Shown: positions 51,548-60,488 of the stretch, piece by piece
How the letters are laid out: every line of letters starts with the position of its first letter
Position numbering within the stretch: position 1 is the first letter of the stretch
NCBI GenBank assembly: GCA_918797485.1
Contig: CAKKNE010000003.1
Coordinates: 1,736,001 to 1,800,000 of the forward strand
Length of the DNA: 64,000 nt
Direction of reading: 5' to 3'
Origin: Pelagomonas calceolata
Lineage: Eukaryota
The notes under the pieces: generated by a model
Databases searched by the model: none
Told to the model about the DNA's origin: nothing
What the model saw: only the letters and a program-made list of their open reading frames with translations
Program-made: the position numbers and the translations under genes

Positions 51548-53014
51548 ATGCGCAGACTCATGCTCTGCCTACTTATACGACGCGCGCGCCCGCTCGTGTG
51601 CCGCCACAGCCTGCATGGCAGGAGCCTGGCGACACTGCGCAGCGCTATCGGTGAATACGTCGCGCTGCCGGCATCCGCGGCCGACGGGTTGAGAGCACTC
51701 GGCCTCCAAGAGGCAGCACCAGTGCAGGCCGCCGTCTGGGCGGAAGCGATGGGCGGGAAGTCGGCGTGCGTGCACGCGCCGACGGGCTCCGGGAAAACTT
51801 TAGCTATGGTGCTGCCCGTCGTGGCGTCGACGCTCTGGGCGGGCCGGGGCAATCCCGGCCGCGTCGTCGTGCTCGTGCCGACGCGGGAATTGGTCGCGCA
51901 GCACGAGACTTTGCTCAACGCTCTCGGCGCTGCGACCGCCGTCGTCACGTCGGCGACCCTAGGCGCGCCCGGCGGCGCCGAGGCTCTCGCGGACGCGATC
52001 GAAGCGAGCGCCGTCGTCCTCGCGACGCCGGCGGAGCTGTGTCAGGTGCTCGAGCACCGACCGTCCTTATACGGCGCATTGCGCTGTGAAGCTCTGGTCT
52101 GCGACGAGCTCGACCTCCTCATGCCGTCGCGTAAAAGTAATGGAGCCAAGGTCACGCGCTGGCAGGACCGGGGCGACCACCCGGCCGAGGCCCTCGCGAG
52201 GCTCGCCGCGAAGCGCTGCGGTTCCAGTTTACAAGTGCTCGCCGGCTCGGCGACGCTCGACCGCGCGAGCAAGACCAAGCTCGAGCGGGCGCTGAAAGGC
52301 GCGCCGAAGGTGGCGCTGCCTCTACCCGTCGTCGCCTGCGACGCCGGGAAGAATTTGGTCGTCAAGACGAAGCGCGCGCCCGGCCGGCCGGGCAACGTCC
52401 GCACGACGATCGCGCCGCGGCGCGTCTCCCACAAATCCGCGACGCGCGCGGATTTCATAGAGGGCGCGGCCGATGCCCTATCAGCTCTCAAGCCGCGCGT
52501 CGCGCTCGTTTTTGTGTGTGGCAGCTCAAAACTGAAAGTCCGTGCCGTCGCCGAGGACCTCGGCGCGCGCGTGTTAAATGATGCGCTCTTCCCCTCTTCT
52601 GCAAGAAGCCGCCGCCGCAACTACGCGACGAAGTCTAGTGGCGAGAAGAAGGCCCTCGAAGCCGCGGAGAGGGCGACGGACGCGGACAAGCGGGCGGCCG
52701 CGACGCGCGACGCCGCGGAGCAACTTCGTGCTGATGTCATTGGGGCGACAACAGACGCACCAGTGGTGCTGGTGGCGTCGGAGGACCGGGCCCGCGGTTT
52801 GGATATAGCGGGCGTCGAGGCCGTGTTGATTCTAGGCGGCCCCGCGAACGCCGACACGTTCGTGCACCTCTCCGGCCGCGTCGACCGCGACCCGCTCGCT
52901 CTTGCAAGCGGTCCGGAGCCGTCCGTCGTGACGATCGGGCGGAAGCGGGACATCGACCAGGTCCGCGGCTGGCTTTCTGAACTCGGTGAGGAGATCACCG
53001 AGCTTAGTGATTAA
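51548..53014 (+). CDS. Divergent DEAD-box RNA helicase, probably organelle-targeted
   Basis: APTGSGKT, PTREL, TPAEL, DELD, SAT, ARGLDI, HLSGRVDR. Confidence 0.85.
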   Translation: MRRLMLCLLIRRARPLVCRHSLHGRSLATLRSAIGEYVALPASAADGLRALGLQEAAPVQAAVWAEAMGGKSACVHAPTGSGKTLAMVLPVVASTLWAGRGNPGRVVVLVPTRELVAQHETLLNALGAATAVVTSATLGAPGGAEALADAIEASAVVLATPAELCQVLEHRPSLYGALRCEALVCDELDLLMPSRKSNGAKVTRWQDRGDHPAEALARLAAKRCGSSLQVLAGSATLDRASKTKLERALKGAPKVALPLPVVACDAGKNLVVKTKRAPGRPGNVRTTIAPRRVSHKSATRADFIEGAADALSALKPRVALVFVCGSSKLKVRAVAEDLGARVLNDALFPSSARSRRRNYATKSSGEKKALEAAERATDADKRAAATRDAAEQLRADVIGATTDAPVVLVASEDRARGLDIAGVEAVLILGGPANADTFVHLSGRVDRDPLALASGPEPSVVTIGRKRDIDQVRGWLSELGEEITELSD

Positions 53015-53062
53015 CAAGTGTACCTACTCGAGCAACGAGAGGATGGAATTTCTTACTCAGCA

Positions 53063-53746
53063 TTACCGCCCGCTCCAAATCTGGATGGTTTGCAGGGGCC
53101 AGTTGAGCTTCTCCTCCCGCGTAGCCGTGGGAACCTCGGGCGCGTGCGGAATCGGCTCCCACTCGTCCTCTGCGGAATACCCGTTCTCGCGGGGTCCGAG
53201 CCCGAACCTGAAGTTGTCGACGCCGCGGAGCCGAAATTGGGATCCGCACCTCGAGTCGCACGCGCTGATGACGTCATCGAGGCTGAGGCCGAATCCCTCG
53301 AGCAAGTGTCGAAGCGGGGACCCGACCCGTATGCCCCGGCGGCCGACCGCGGGACGCGTGGGATCGTAGAGCGCGGCGGCCGACGAAGACACGTACACGA
53401 CGCAACCATCCAGAATACCCTCGTGGAGGTAATAATCCTCATCTTCGTCTTCGTCTTCGGGGTGCTCTAACCATACGTCTACGTCCACGTCTTCGGGCCC
53501 CCAATCCACGCCCTCCGAATGCACGTAGTAGCGAAGCTCTTTGTTTTTCCCCTTGATGTCGCGCACGGTCAGCACGCCAACGTCAAGGAGGCCGTTTTGA
53601 TGGTATGCGGGGATCGCGTCCGGTCCGAACGAGCGGGGCTCGTAGGCCGAGAGCGGTCGCTCGAGTTGCAGGCCCAGCGCGCATGTGCCCGGTTCCAATC
53701 GGAACCGCCACGCCCGCTCGTATCGGTCCCGCCACAGGCTCCGCGC
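53063..53746 (-). pseudogene. 5'-truncated gene fragment (possible F-box protein tail)
   Basis: Open frame of 227 codons with no ATG, bounded upstream by TAG at 53749-53747. It begins ARSLWRDRYERAW, which resembles the end of an F-box. Confidence 0.5.
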
Positions 53747-54081
53747 CTAAGCACGACGCTTCGTTGGACCGCGACGCGGACGACATCGAGGCGGGCGCCG
53801 CGGCGACGCCCGAGCGACGCGTCGCGACGGCTCGAGGGAAGCTCTTCGGGGCGAACCCCTGCCACTTGCTACATCGCGAGGTCGCGGGGAACCCGATGCT
53901 CGAGGCGGACATGGCCCAGCGCGCGCGGACCGTCGTCACGGGGTTGGAGAACAGCGCCCGCCACGGCTTGCGCCACCAATCTACCCTCAATGTGGAGGAC
54001 CAGGTCAAGGTCCTCGTCGACCTCGCGACGGACCCGGCGTCGCTGGGGCGGCACTGGTGCGGGCTGACGCTGTGGGTGTGA
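53747..54081 (+). pseudogene. PRKDC: Orphan C-terminal fragment of DNA-PKcs (end of kinase region + FATC domain)
   Basis: PERRVATARGKLFGANP...LNVEDQVKVLVDLATDPASLGRHWCGLTLWV* parallels the DNA-PKcs C-terminus as recalled (KRKLAGANP...[31 protein letters not shown]). No kinase domain lies upstream. Confidence 0.75.
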
Positions 54082-54207
54082 TGAGTTTCTTGTGGTGTGT
54101 AAGGTTGTTATCCTAAGTGAGAGTTTTATAGTTGATCATAATTAGCACAGCTAGGGAAGGCGCCGTCCCCCAGCGCGTGGCGTCTAGGCCATCGGCGCGT
54201 CGCCGTT

Positions 54208-57200
54208 CTAGGACCGGCGCGGCCGCTTGCTAGGCCGGCTGCTGGTGGGCGCCTTGCGCTTGCCGCGGCGTTGGGGCACCGGCTCCGGTCCGAAGCGCGT
54301 GATGCGGAAGGGGGCACTTGCGAAGTTTACCTGATTGGCGGTCTCGTAGTTGTCGAACCGCACCAAGGCGCGGCTCCCGTCCAGCACGTCCACGACGGTG
54401 CCCTCGTACCACTGTCCTCCGGCGTAAAGCACGGCGACGCGGCTGTCTTTCGGCGGCGCCGCGGCCCCGTTCTCGTCGTCGTCAGACTCCACGTACGACG
54501 AAACAGGAGTGCAGGACCGCCGCACGCGTGGCGTGGGCGCCGGCGCGGGCGCCGGCGCGGGCGCGGGCGCCCGCCGCGGCGCCCGCGCCGGCGCTGGGGA
54601 AGGCGCCGGCGCCGGCGCCAGCCGTCGAGGAGGCGGCGGCACCGCCGCCGGTCCGACATTCCGGCGCGGCGTCGTCCAGAAACGGCACGCCGTGGCCGCA
54701 TTGACGACGTCATCTAGCACGGCGCCGGGCAGCGCGATCAACGCCGTCAGGCACGCCACCGCGAACGCGAAGAACGCGACGACCGGATCCGACACCGTGC
54801 AGGAGCTCTCCACTAATTCTAGGTGCGGCTCTATCATCTCCGCGATCTTCGTGGGCAGCTTGTCGAGCGTGCAGAAGGAATGGTCCATCACCCTTTGCAA
54901 GTGTTCAGGAAGACGGCATTGATAGACCCAGTAGTTATGTTGGGTGGTCGCGTGGACGTCCGCGAAGACCGCCTCCATGACCTCCGTGCACAAGAAACCG
55001 TCGCATAGCTTCTGGTTGAGCATCTCATCCGTCGTCGGCACCACCGAGCAAATGACGTTGCGTCCGCCCTTGATCCAGATACGATGCCTTTCGACACCGT
55101 TCTCACGGACGCCGTTCTCGTACGACACGTCGTACGTCGTAGCAATCGAGCGTCCGTCGCCGACGTTGACCGCGACCACGTGCCCGTCGAAGATACACCC
55201 GTCGACCAGTCGCACGACTTCGACGCAATCGCCAACCTTACAGCTATGGATGAAACAGAGCGTGGTACAAGACGCGTGGTTGATGACGATCGGTTTGGTG
55301 TTCGCTTTAGACGTCTGTCCTTTTTCCTTCGCCGCATCAACTCCAACTTGAAATTTCGGAGCCTGAACCCCCAACCCGTAATTCCTCCCAGCAATAATAA
55401 CAGACACGCTGCGCGTCGCTCCGAATATACCCGCCCCCACAGCAAGTAGACCACAAACTAAAACGGCGACCGACGACTCGGCGCCGGCAAACAACCCACA
55501 TGAAGAAGCTATTCCTAATGAATCGAAGCCGACAAATAATAGAGCAGCTACAACGAGAGCGACGAGCACGGCCACGTAGAACGCAAGCCGCGGACCGCGC
55601 CGGTACTTGACCGTCACCGAGTGCTTGGCTTCTGACAGCATGTCCACCGACGCCCCCATAATCCTAGGGAGGCACAGGCCTAGCGTGACGACGCATACAC
55701 AGGCCGTCAGGACGCCGGATCCCAGTCCACACCACGAGGCCACGGCAGCCGAGCAAAGAAACGCTAGAGCGACGCCGATGAGGCGACACAACGCGGCACG
55801 CGCACCCGCCTTCCGTAACGACCGCAAAGTTAAGTCGACACCGTGCTGATGCACTTGCCGTTTGGGATCGTCCCGCACCTCATAATGCGCGTTCCTAAAC
55901 GTTGTCGGCGTGCGCTTTTTCCAGGGCACGCCAGGGGGGAACTCCTTGACCGCATTGGCCGCCGCGACGACCTTCAGCGCGGCATCAGCAACATCTGTCG
56001 CCGGGACGCGGACGATCGTGCCCTTTGGGAGGGCGTCAAGGTCCACGAGCTTGTTGAGCTGGGGTACCGTGACGGTTTTAATTTCATGAGTCGAAGCTAG
56101 GAGTTGCCAACGCCGATAATTCTGATTGGAGGGCGACGGTTTCACGTACACCTTCCACCCAGTTTCGTGAATCATAGTTCGACCCTTACCAACTATGGAG
56201 CTAGCCGTCGGGTCGCAGGGAACAAGTAAGATGTCCGGTTTACCCTCCCAACTTTCACCTGTCTTCAAATCTTCTGGCGGCCCGTCCCGGACTTCTAACG
56301 TAGAGCACCGTTGCCCATGCACCCCACCCGCAGCAAAAAGCATACCAGTGAGACCTGCAACTCTCAAGGCCTCTGCCGACACGACGATGACCTCCGGGAC
56401 GCCGTACTGCTTGCGACCAAATCTAACAAAACCCACGACTCCTCCAAAAATAGCCCCAGCTAAACCACATCTATAGCCACCACCGACGATGAAGTAGTCC
56501 AAAACGATGCCCAACGCACCAAACAACACCAATAATAACGCAACCATCAAGGGACACGCCGGTCGCGGCTCCAGAAGCGTCCCTCGGGGCACGTAGCCAA
56601 CAGCTATGTAGTCCGCTTCGGCCTCCCGTTCCTTTCCTTCAACACCATTTAATAGTATTGAACTACCAGTCGAATCCATCTTCACCTCTCCGACATGCCC
56701 TAGATCATCCCCACTATACGAGGACCGCTCCGCCCTCGTCCAATCGTAAATGGGCATCGTCAAGCGAAATAAAGCGACAGCAGCGGCCACAACTAACAAG
56801 ACCACGACCACATCTTTTGTCGGCAGGTGGAATTGATAGGCAAATCCACCGCAAATCGCCACCACAGCCAATAAGAAGGGAACGAGACGCCACCGCGAAG
56901 ACCTTACCTTTGACCACACGTCGTGCATCACTTTCTCTGAGAGGCGGTAGAGCCCAAAACAAGGCTGGTAGGGCGCGATCGCGAAAAGGTTGGTCTCCAA
57001 CCAACCACCGGCGCCGCCGCCGATCGGCCGGCCTCCGTTGCCCGGGTCCATCGCCGCGAGCACTAATTCCGCAGTAGAGCCGGGCGCCCCGCCGCCCCTC
57101 CTGTGTGGAAATCAACACTGAGGCGGGTGAAGCCTCTCTCGCGTTCGTAGCAAGTTCGCTCGACGCGGTCCGAATGGCCTCAAAATCGAAAAAGAAACCA

Positions 57201-57905
57201 CCCACTTCATCAGACTTCATCAGAAGATGGAGACGACGCGCGTCGATGGCGTGAAGGCACCGCGGCCGTCGTGAAGGGTTGATTTGTGCGCCGCGCCCTT
57301 ACAACGCATCTTGGAAGCCCAGGTACGTCGAGATCCACAACCAATAGACGCCGAAGTACCACACTACACCTAACCACCCGAGCAGGCCCGAGTACGGGAT
57401 GTCGAACTCGGCCGCGATTATGGAGTCGGGCGCCGTCGGGCCGTCGCGCGCCTCCTCCAGGACTTCTCGGGGCGTCGGCGCCCACTTCTCCCGTAAGTCG
57501 AGAGAGACGAGCGCCAGGATCGCGTTGATGCCTTTCTCGTACCTGTGTGGAAATCAAACAGTGAGTTAGGTCGCATCGATGACGTAGAATCTCCACGCCA
57601 TCGAGCAGACGAAGTCGCAATGTTGCGTCGATGGCGTGAGGCGCTTGATTTGATTTCGACACAGCCAAGTGCAGCGACAGGAACGTTACCTTTACCGCGA
57701 CGTCTACGTCGTCCGCGCTCGCGGCGCCTACCTTGCGGTAGTAGCGGCCCGTGACATAGCCCTTGAGCCGCACCCTTCCTTCCTTCCACCAGTTGTGGAA
57801 GGTGGCAAAGCACACCCAATTGATGACGACGACGAGCCGCTTCTTCTTCGTCAGGGTGTTCATGATGACGGCCCAGTTTACGATTATGAGCCAGTTGTGC
57901 GACAT
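54208..57905 (-). CDS. Multi-pass membrane protein with two Tudor-like domains and a basic C-terminus, about 1121 aa (exons 57905-57673, 57542-57303, 57100-54208)
   Basis: Removing two introner introns gives one frame (..VTFLSL|YEKGINAIL..GFQDAL|RGGGAPG..VLAAMDP..). Many hydrophobic hairpins; KVGDCVEV..FDGHVVAV..TYDVSYENG and RVAVLYAGGQWYEGTVVDV..LVRFD. Confidence 0.7.
57101..57302 (-). mobile_element. Introner-derived intron, 202 bp, GT-AG, phase 2
   Basis: Minus strand: GTAAGG..GCACAAATCAAC..CACGCCATCGACGCG..GTTGATTTCCACACAG|G. The 3' TIR is intact and the 5' TIR decayed; an in-frame TAA follows the donor if unspliced. Confidence 0.88.
57543..57672 (-). mobile_element. Introner element, 130 bp, probable GC-AG intron (alternative GT donor at 57678), phase 2
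   Basis: TIRs at 57543-57558 and 57649-57664 match 15/16; internal inverted pair CACGCCATCGA...TCGATGGCGTG. Confidence 0.88.
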
Positions 57906-58592
57906 CTTGCGTGGATGCGTTCAGCACGAGCGTTGCGCGCGGTGGCGCAGATTTTTGTCGCGGCGTCGCCCGCGGCGGTTTCGTAACGCGGCGGCGTCCG
58001 CAATGCGGCGCAGTGCGCGGCGATGCCCGTCGTCCCGGCGCGACACGAGGAGCTCTCCGTCTCGCGGTGCAGGCGGCGGCCGCGTCCCAGCGCCGTAGCG
58101 AGGGCGATGCGGCTCGGCGCCGCTGCCTCGGCTTAGGTCTTGCAGCACAGCGACTGGCTGTGCTGTTAAGTGCCCGTTCGAAGCTGAGAGGTGCTTTGCA
58201 CAGCGCGTCGCTAGCTCTGGTGAGCCCGACGCCGCGTTTGACCAATCCACGCTTCGATAGCAAGGCCAATAGCAGTACCAGTGCGCACCATGGCGCAAAG
58301 CGGCGTTTGCTGCTACGCATTGTTGGAGAGAAGTCCAAAACACTAAAGCATCACTATTAACAGTTCAGATTTGTTCACGCGCGTACGGACGCGCCGTAAA
58401 AGCACCTCGGTGTCGGTAAAACTGGCTGGACACAACCCGCACGCCCGGTGCGTCGTGCTTGAGTGCTAAAACGAGGAATGGCGTGCTAGCAGGTACTTTG
58501 CGAGAAATCCTCGCGCCCACTAGCCTCGGCTTGCCGCTCGACATCGATTGGATTGCAAGCTTTGTTTGCATCGATCGCTGTCCCGCACCGCC

Positions 58593-59027
58593 ATGTCGGG
58601 GCTTAAAATCACCAACGAAATAACGAACCTCGACGGCCCGGGCCCGCCGGAAGTCCAAACCGACTTCGAGCCGCAGGGCGACACCGTGCTTTTAGCAGCT
58701 GGCTCTTCAGGGGCCCTCGCGAGGGTCCGCCCGGGCCAGAGGGCGAGTGTCCGGTACGCTCTCAACCCGCCGGGCGCGCCGCCGGCCGCGGCGCCGGCCG
58801 CGCCGCCGGCCGCGGCGCCGGGCGCGGCGCCGGCGCCGGCGTCCGCGGCCGAGGTGCGCCTCCGCCGCGTGCTCTACCAGGACAACGGCGGCCGCTCGGA
58901 AGATGCCGCCCTCGAGGCGGCGCTGGCGGCGTCGCTCGCGGCCGCGCCCGCCGCGCCCGCCGCCGGGGCGCGCGAGAAGCGCACGCCGAAGGAGGGCGAC
59001 GAGGTCGTGGAGGTGGAGAGCCAGTGA
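58593..59027 (+). CDS. Small hypothetical protein with Ala/Pro linker and UIM-like motif
   Basis: 144-aa ORF with high GC3; SEDAALEAALAASL. Confidence 0.6.
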   Translation: MSGLKITNEITNLDGPGPPEVQTDFEPQGDTVLLAAGSSGALARVRPGQRASVRYALNPPGAPPAAAPAAPPAAAPGAAPAPASAAEVRLRRVLYQDNGGRSEDAALEAALAASLAAAPAAPAAGAREKRTPKEGDEVVEVESQ

Positions 59028-59124
59028 GCGGCAAGGCGGTTCCGGGGCGTCGGGGGCTAACTACTTTAAAACCAACAAGAGCCGCGGCTCCTCCGATAAG
59101 AAGAGCCGTGCCTGGAGCACAGAG

Positions 59125-59144
59125 CTAGTGTGTCGATACGCTAG
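59125..59144 (-). promoter_or_regulatory. CTAG-bounded motif, copy 9 (minus strand CTAGCGTATCGACACACTAG)
   Basis: About 195 bp upstream of the RCE1 ATG. Confidence 0.5.
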
Positions 59145-59337
59145 TCCGAAGCCAAGGCGTGAAGCGTGAACTGCGCGATAGGCGGCCTCCGAGCGGTGCT
59201 ATTGCAGTGAGGCACTCCACGCACACCTGTGAAGCTCTGCTGCTATCGTTGCGAACGAAACGCCGACGCCGCGGGGACAGTGCAGCCACAGCAGCAGCTT
59301 GGCTGTAGTGCAGCAATATAACTCGCACCCGCAAACG

Positions 59338-60165
59338 ATGCAGCAGTGCACACTCACCGAAACCGGAGCCTACCTCACCGCCACAACAATAAGCGCCGCC
59401 TACGTCGCCTCGCTCTACCTCCTCCCGAAACGAATTCGGACACTGCCCCGGGACCATCCGCGCCACATTTATGGCCGCTTCGCCGCCGTCGCCCTTTCAT
59501 CAGTGTTCGCCGTCGCGCTCTACGCGCGCGTCGCGGACCCGCGCTGTCTTGGTGTAGACGGCGTCGCCGCGGCGCTGGGCCTGCGCCTTGATGGTTCCAC
59601 ACAAGCGGCTTTGAAGGGAGCGGCCTGCGTCGCAATTTTATATCTAGGGACGCTCGCGGAGCGTCTAGTTCTTGGTGCATTCACGCTCCCGGAAATCAAC
59701 CCCCAAGCGTGGCGCAACCTCGTCGTGGGCCCCGTGACCGAGGAGTTGTGTTTTCGCGCCTGCGTGCTGCCCTTACTAATCGAGGCCGGCATCACGAGGT
59801 GGCGGGCCGTGCGGACGGCTCCTTTAGTTTTTGGCCTCGCGCACGTGCACCACGGCCGGCGGCGCGTGGTCGACGACGGCGTGCCCCTCAGCCACGCTGT
59901 CGTCGAAACTACGGTCCAGTTCGCCTACACGTCGCTCTTCGGCGCCTTCGCTTCGTATGCTTTCTGCCGAACACATCGCCTGAGCGCGCCCGTCGCCGCT
60001 CATGTGCTGTGCAATTATTTGGGATTACCCGAGTTCGCGTGCCTGCGACCTGGTCCTCTGTACGACTACCGCCTCGCGTTCGGCGTTTTACATGTCGCGG
60101 GCATCGCGCTCTTCTTCACGCGGTCGGGTTGGCTGCTCTCGTCCGAGAGCGTTTTATGGGCCTAA
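59338..60165 (+). CDS. RCE1: CAAX prenyl protease 2 (Rce1)
   Basis: RNLVVGPVTEELCFRAC, FGLAHVHH, QFAYTSLFG, AHVLCNYLGLP. Confidence 0.92.
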   Translation: MQQCTLTETGAYLTATTISAAYVASLYLLPKRIRTLPRDHPRHIYGRFAAVALSSVFAVALYARVADPRCLGVDGVAAALGLRLDGSTQAALKGAACVAILYLGTLAERLVLGAFTLPEINPQAWRNLVVGPVTEELCFRACVLPLLIEAGITRWRAVRTAPLVFGLAHVHHGRRRVVDDGVPLSHAVVETTVQFAYTSLFGAFASYAFCRTHRLSAPVAAHVLCNYLGLPEFACLRPGPLYDYRLAFGVLHVAGIALFFTRSGWLLSSESVLWA

Positions 60166-60388
60166 GTTTTGCTGTTTGTTATCTCGCGGTCGCCTCGATG
60201 GCGTGTTGGTGGCACGCCGCGTCTGCTTACGATGGTAGAGGACCTCTGAACCTAGCGGGCCCGGGGAGCCATGCTTGGTCATGCTTGGTACTACGCGAGA
60301 CTCACGCCACGCCATCGACGCGAGACTCACTGCGATCGTGTCGACGAGACGCCATCGACGCGACGCTCACCGGTCGCTGTCCTCGCAG
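60166..60388 (+). mobile_element. Introner-like relic, possibly a 3'-UTR intron
   Basis: Three copies of the family motif (60195-60205 inverted, 60308-60318, 60349-60358); ends CCTCGCAG|GT. The 5' boundary is uncertain. Confidence 0.5.
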
Positions 60389-60488
60389 GTGGCTCTTTAA
60401 CGCCATCGCCGTAGTAAGGAACAATCGCCGGGGCGGCGGGGCGAACTACATAGTATGTCTAGACTTTACACGAATGACGACCGATGAT

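Noticed and set aside
57418..58338. 306-aa ORF with a hydrophobic N-terminus upstream of the Tudor/TM gene
   Set aside because: Reads through an introner in a frame incompatible with the downstream exons and has low-complexity composition. An additional 5' exon cannot be excluded.
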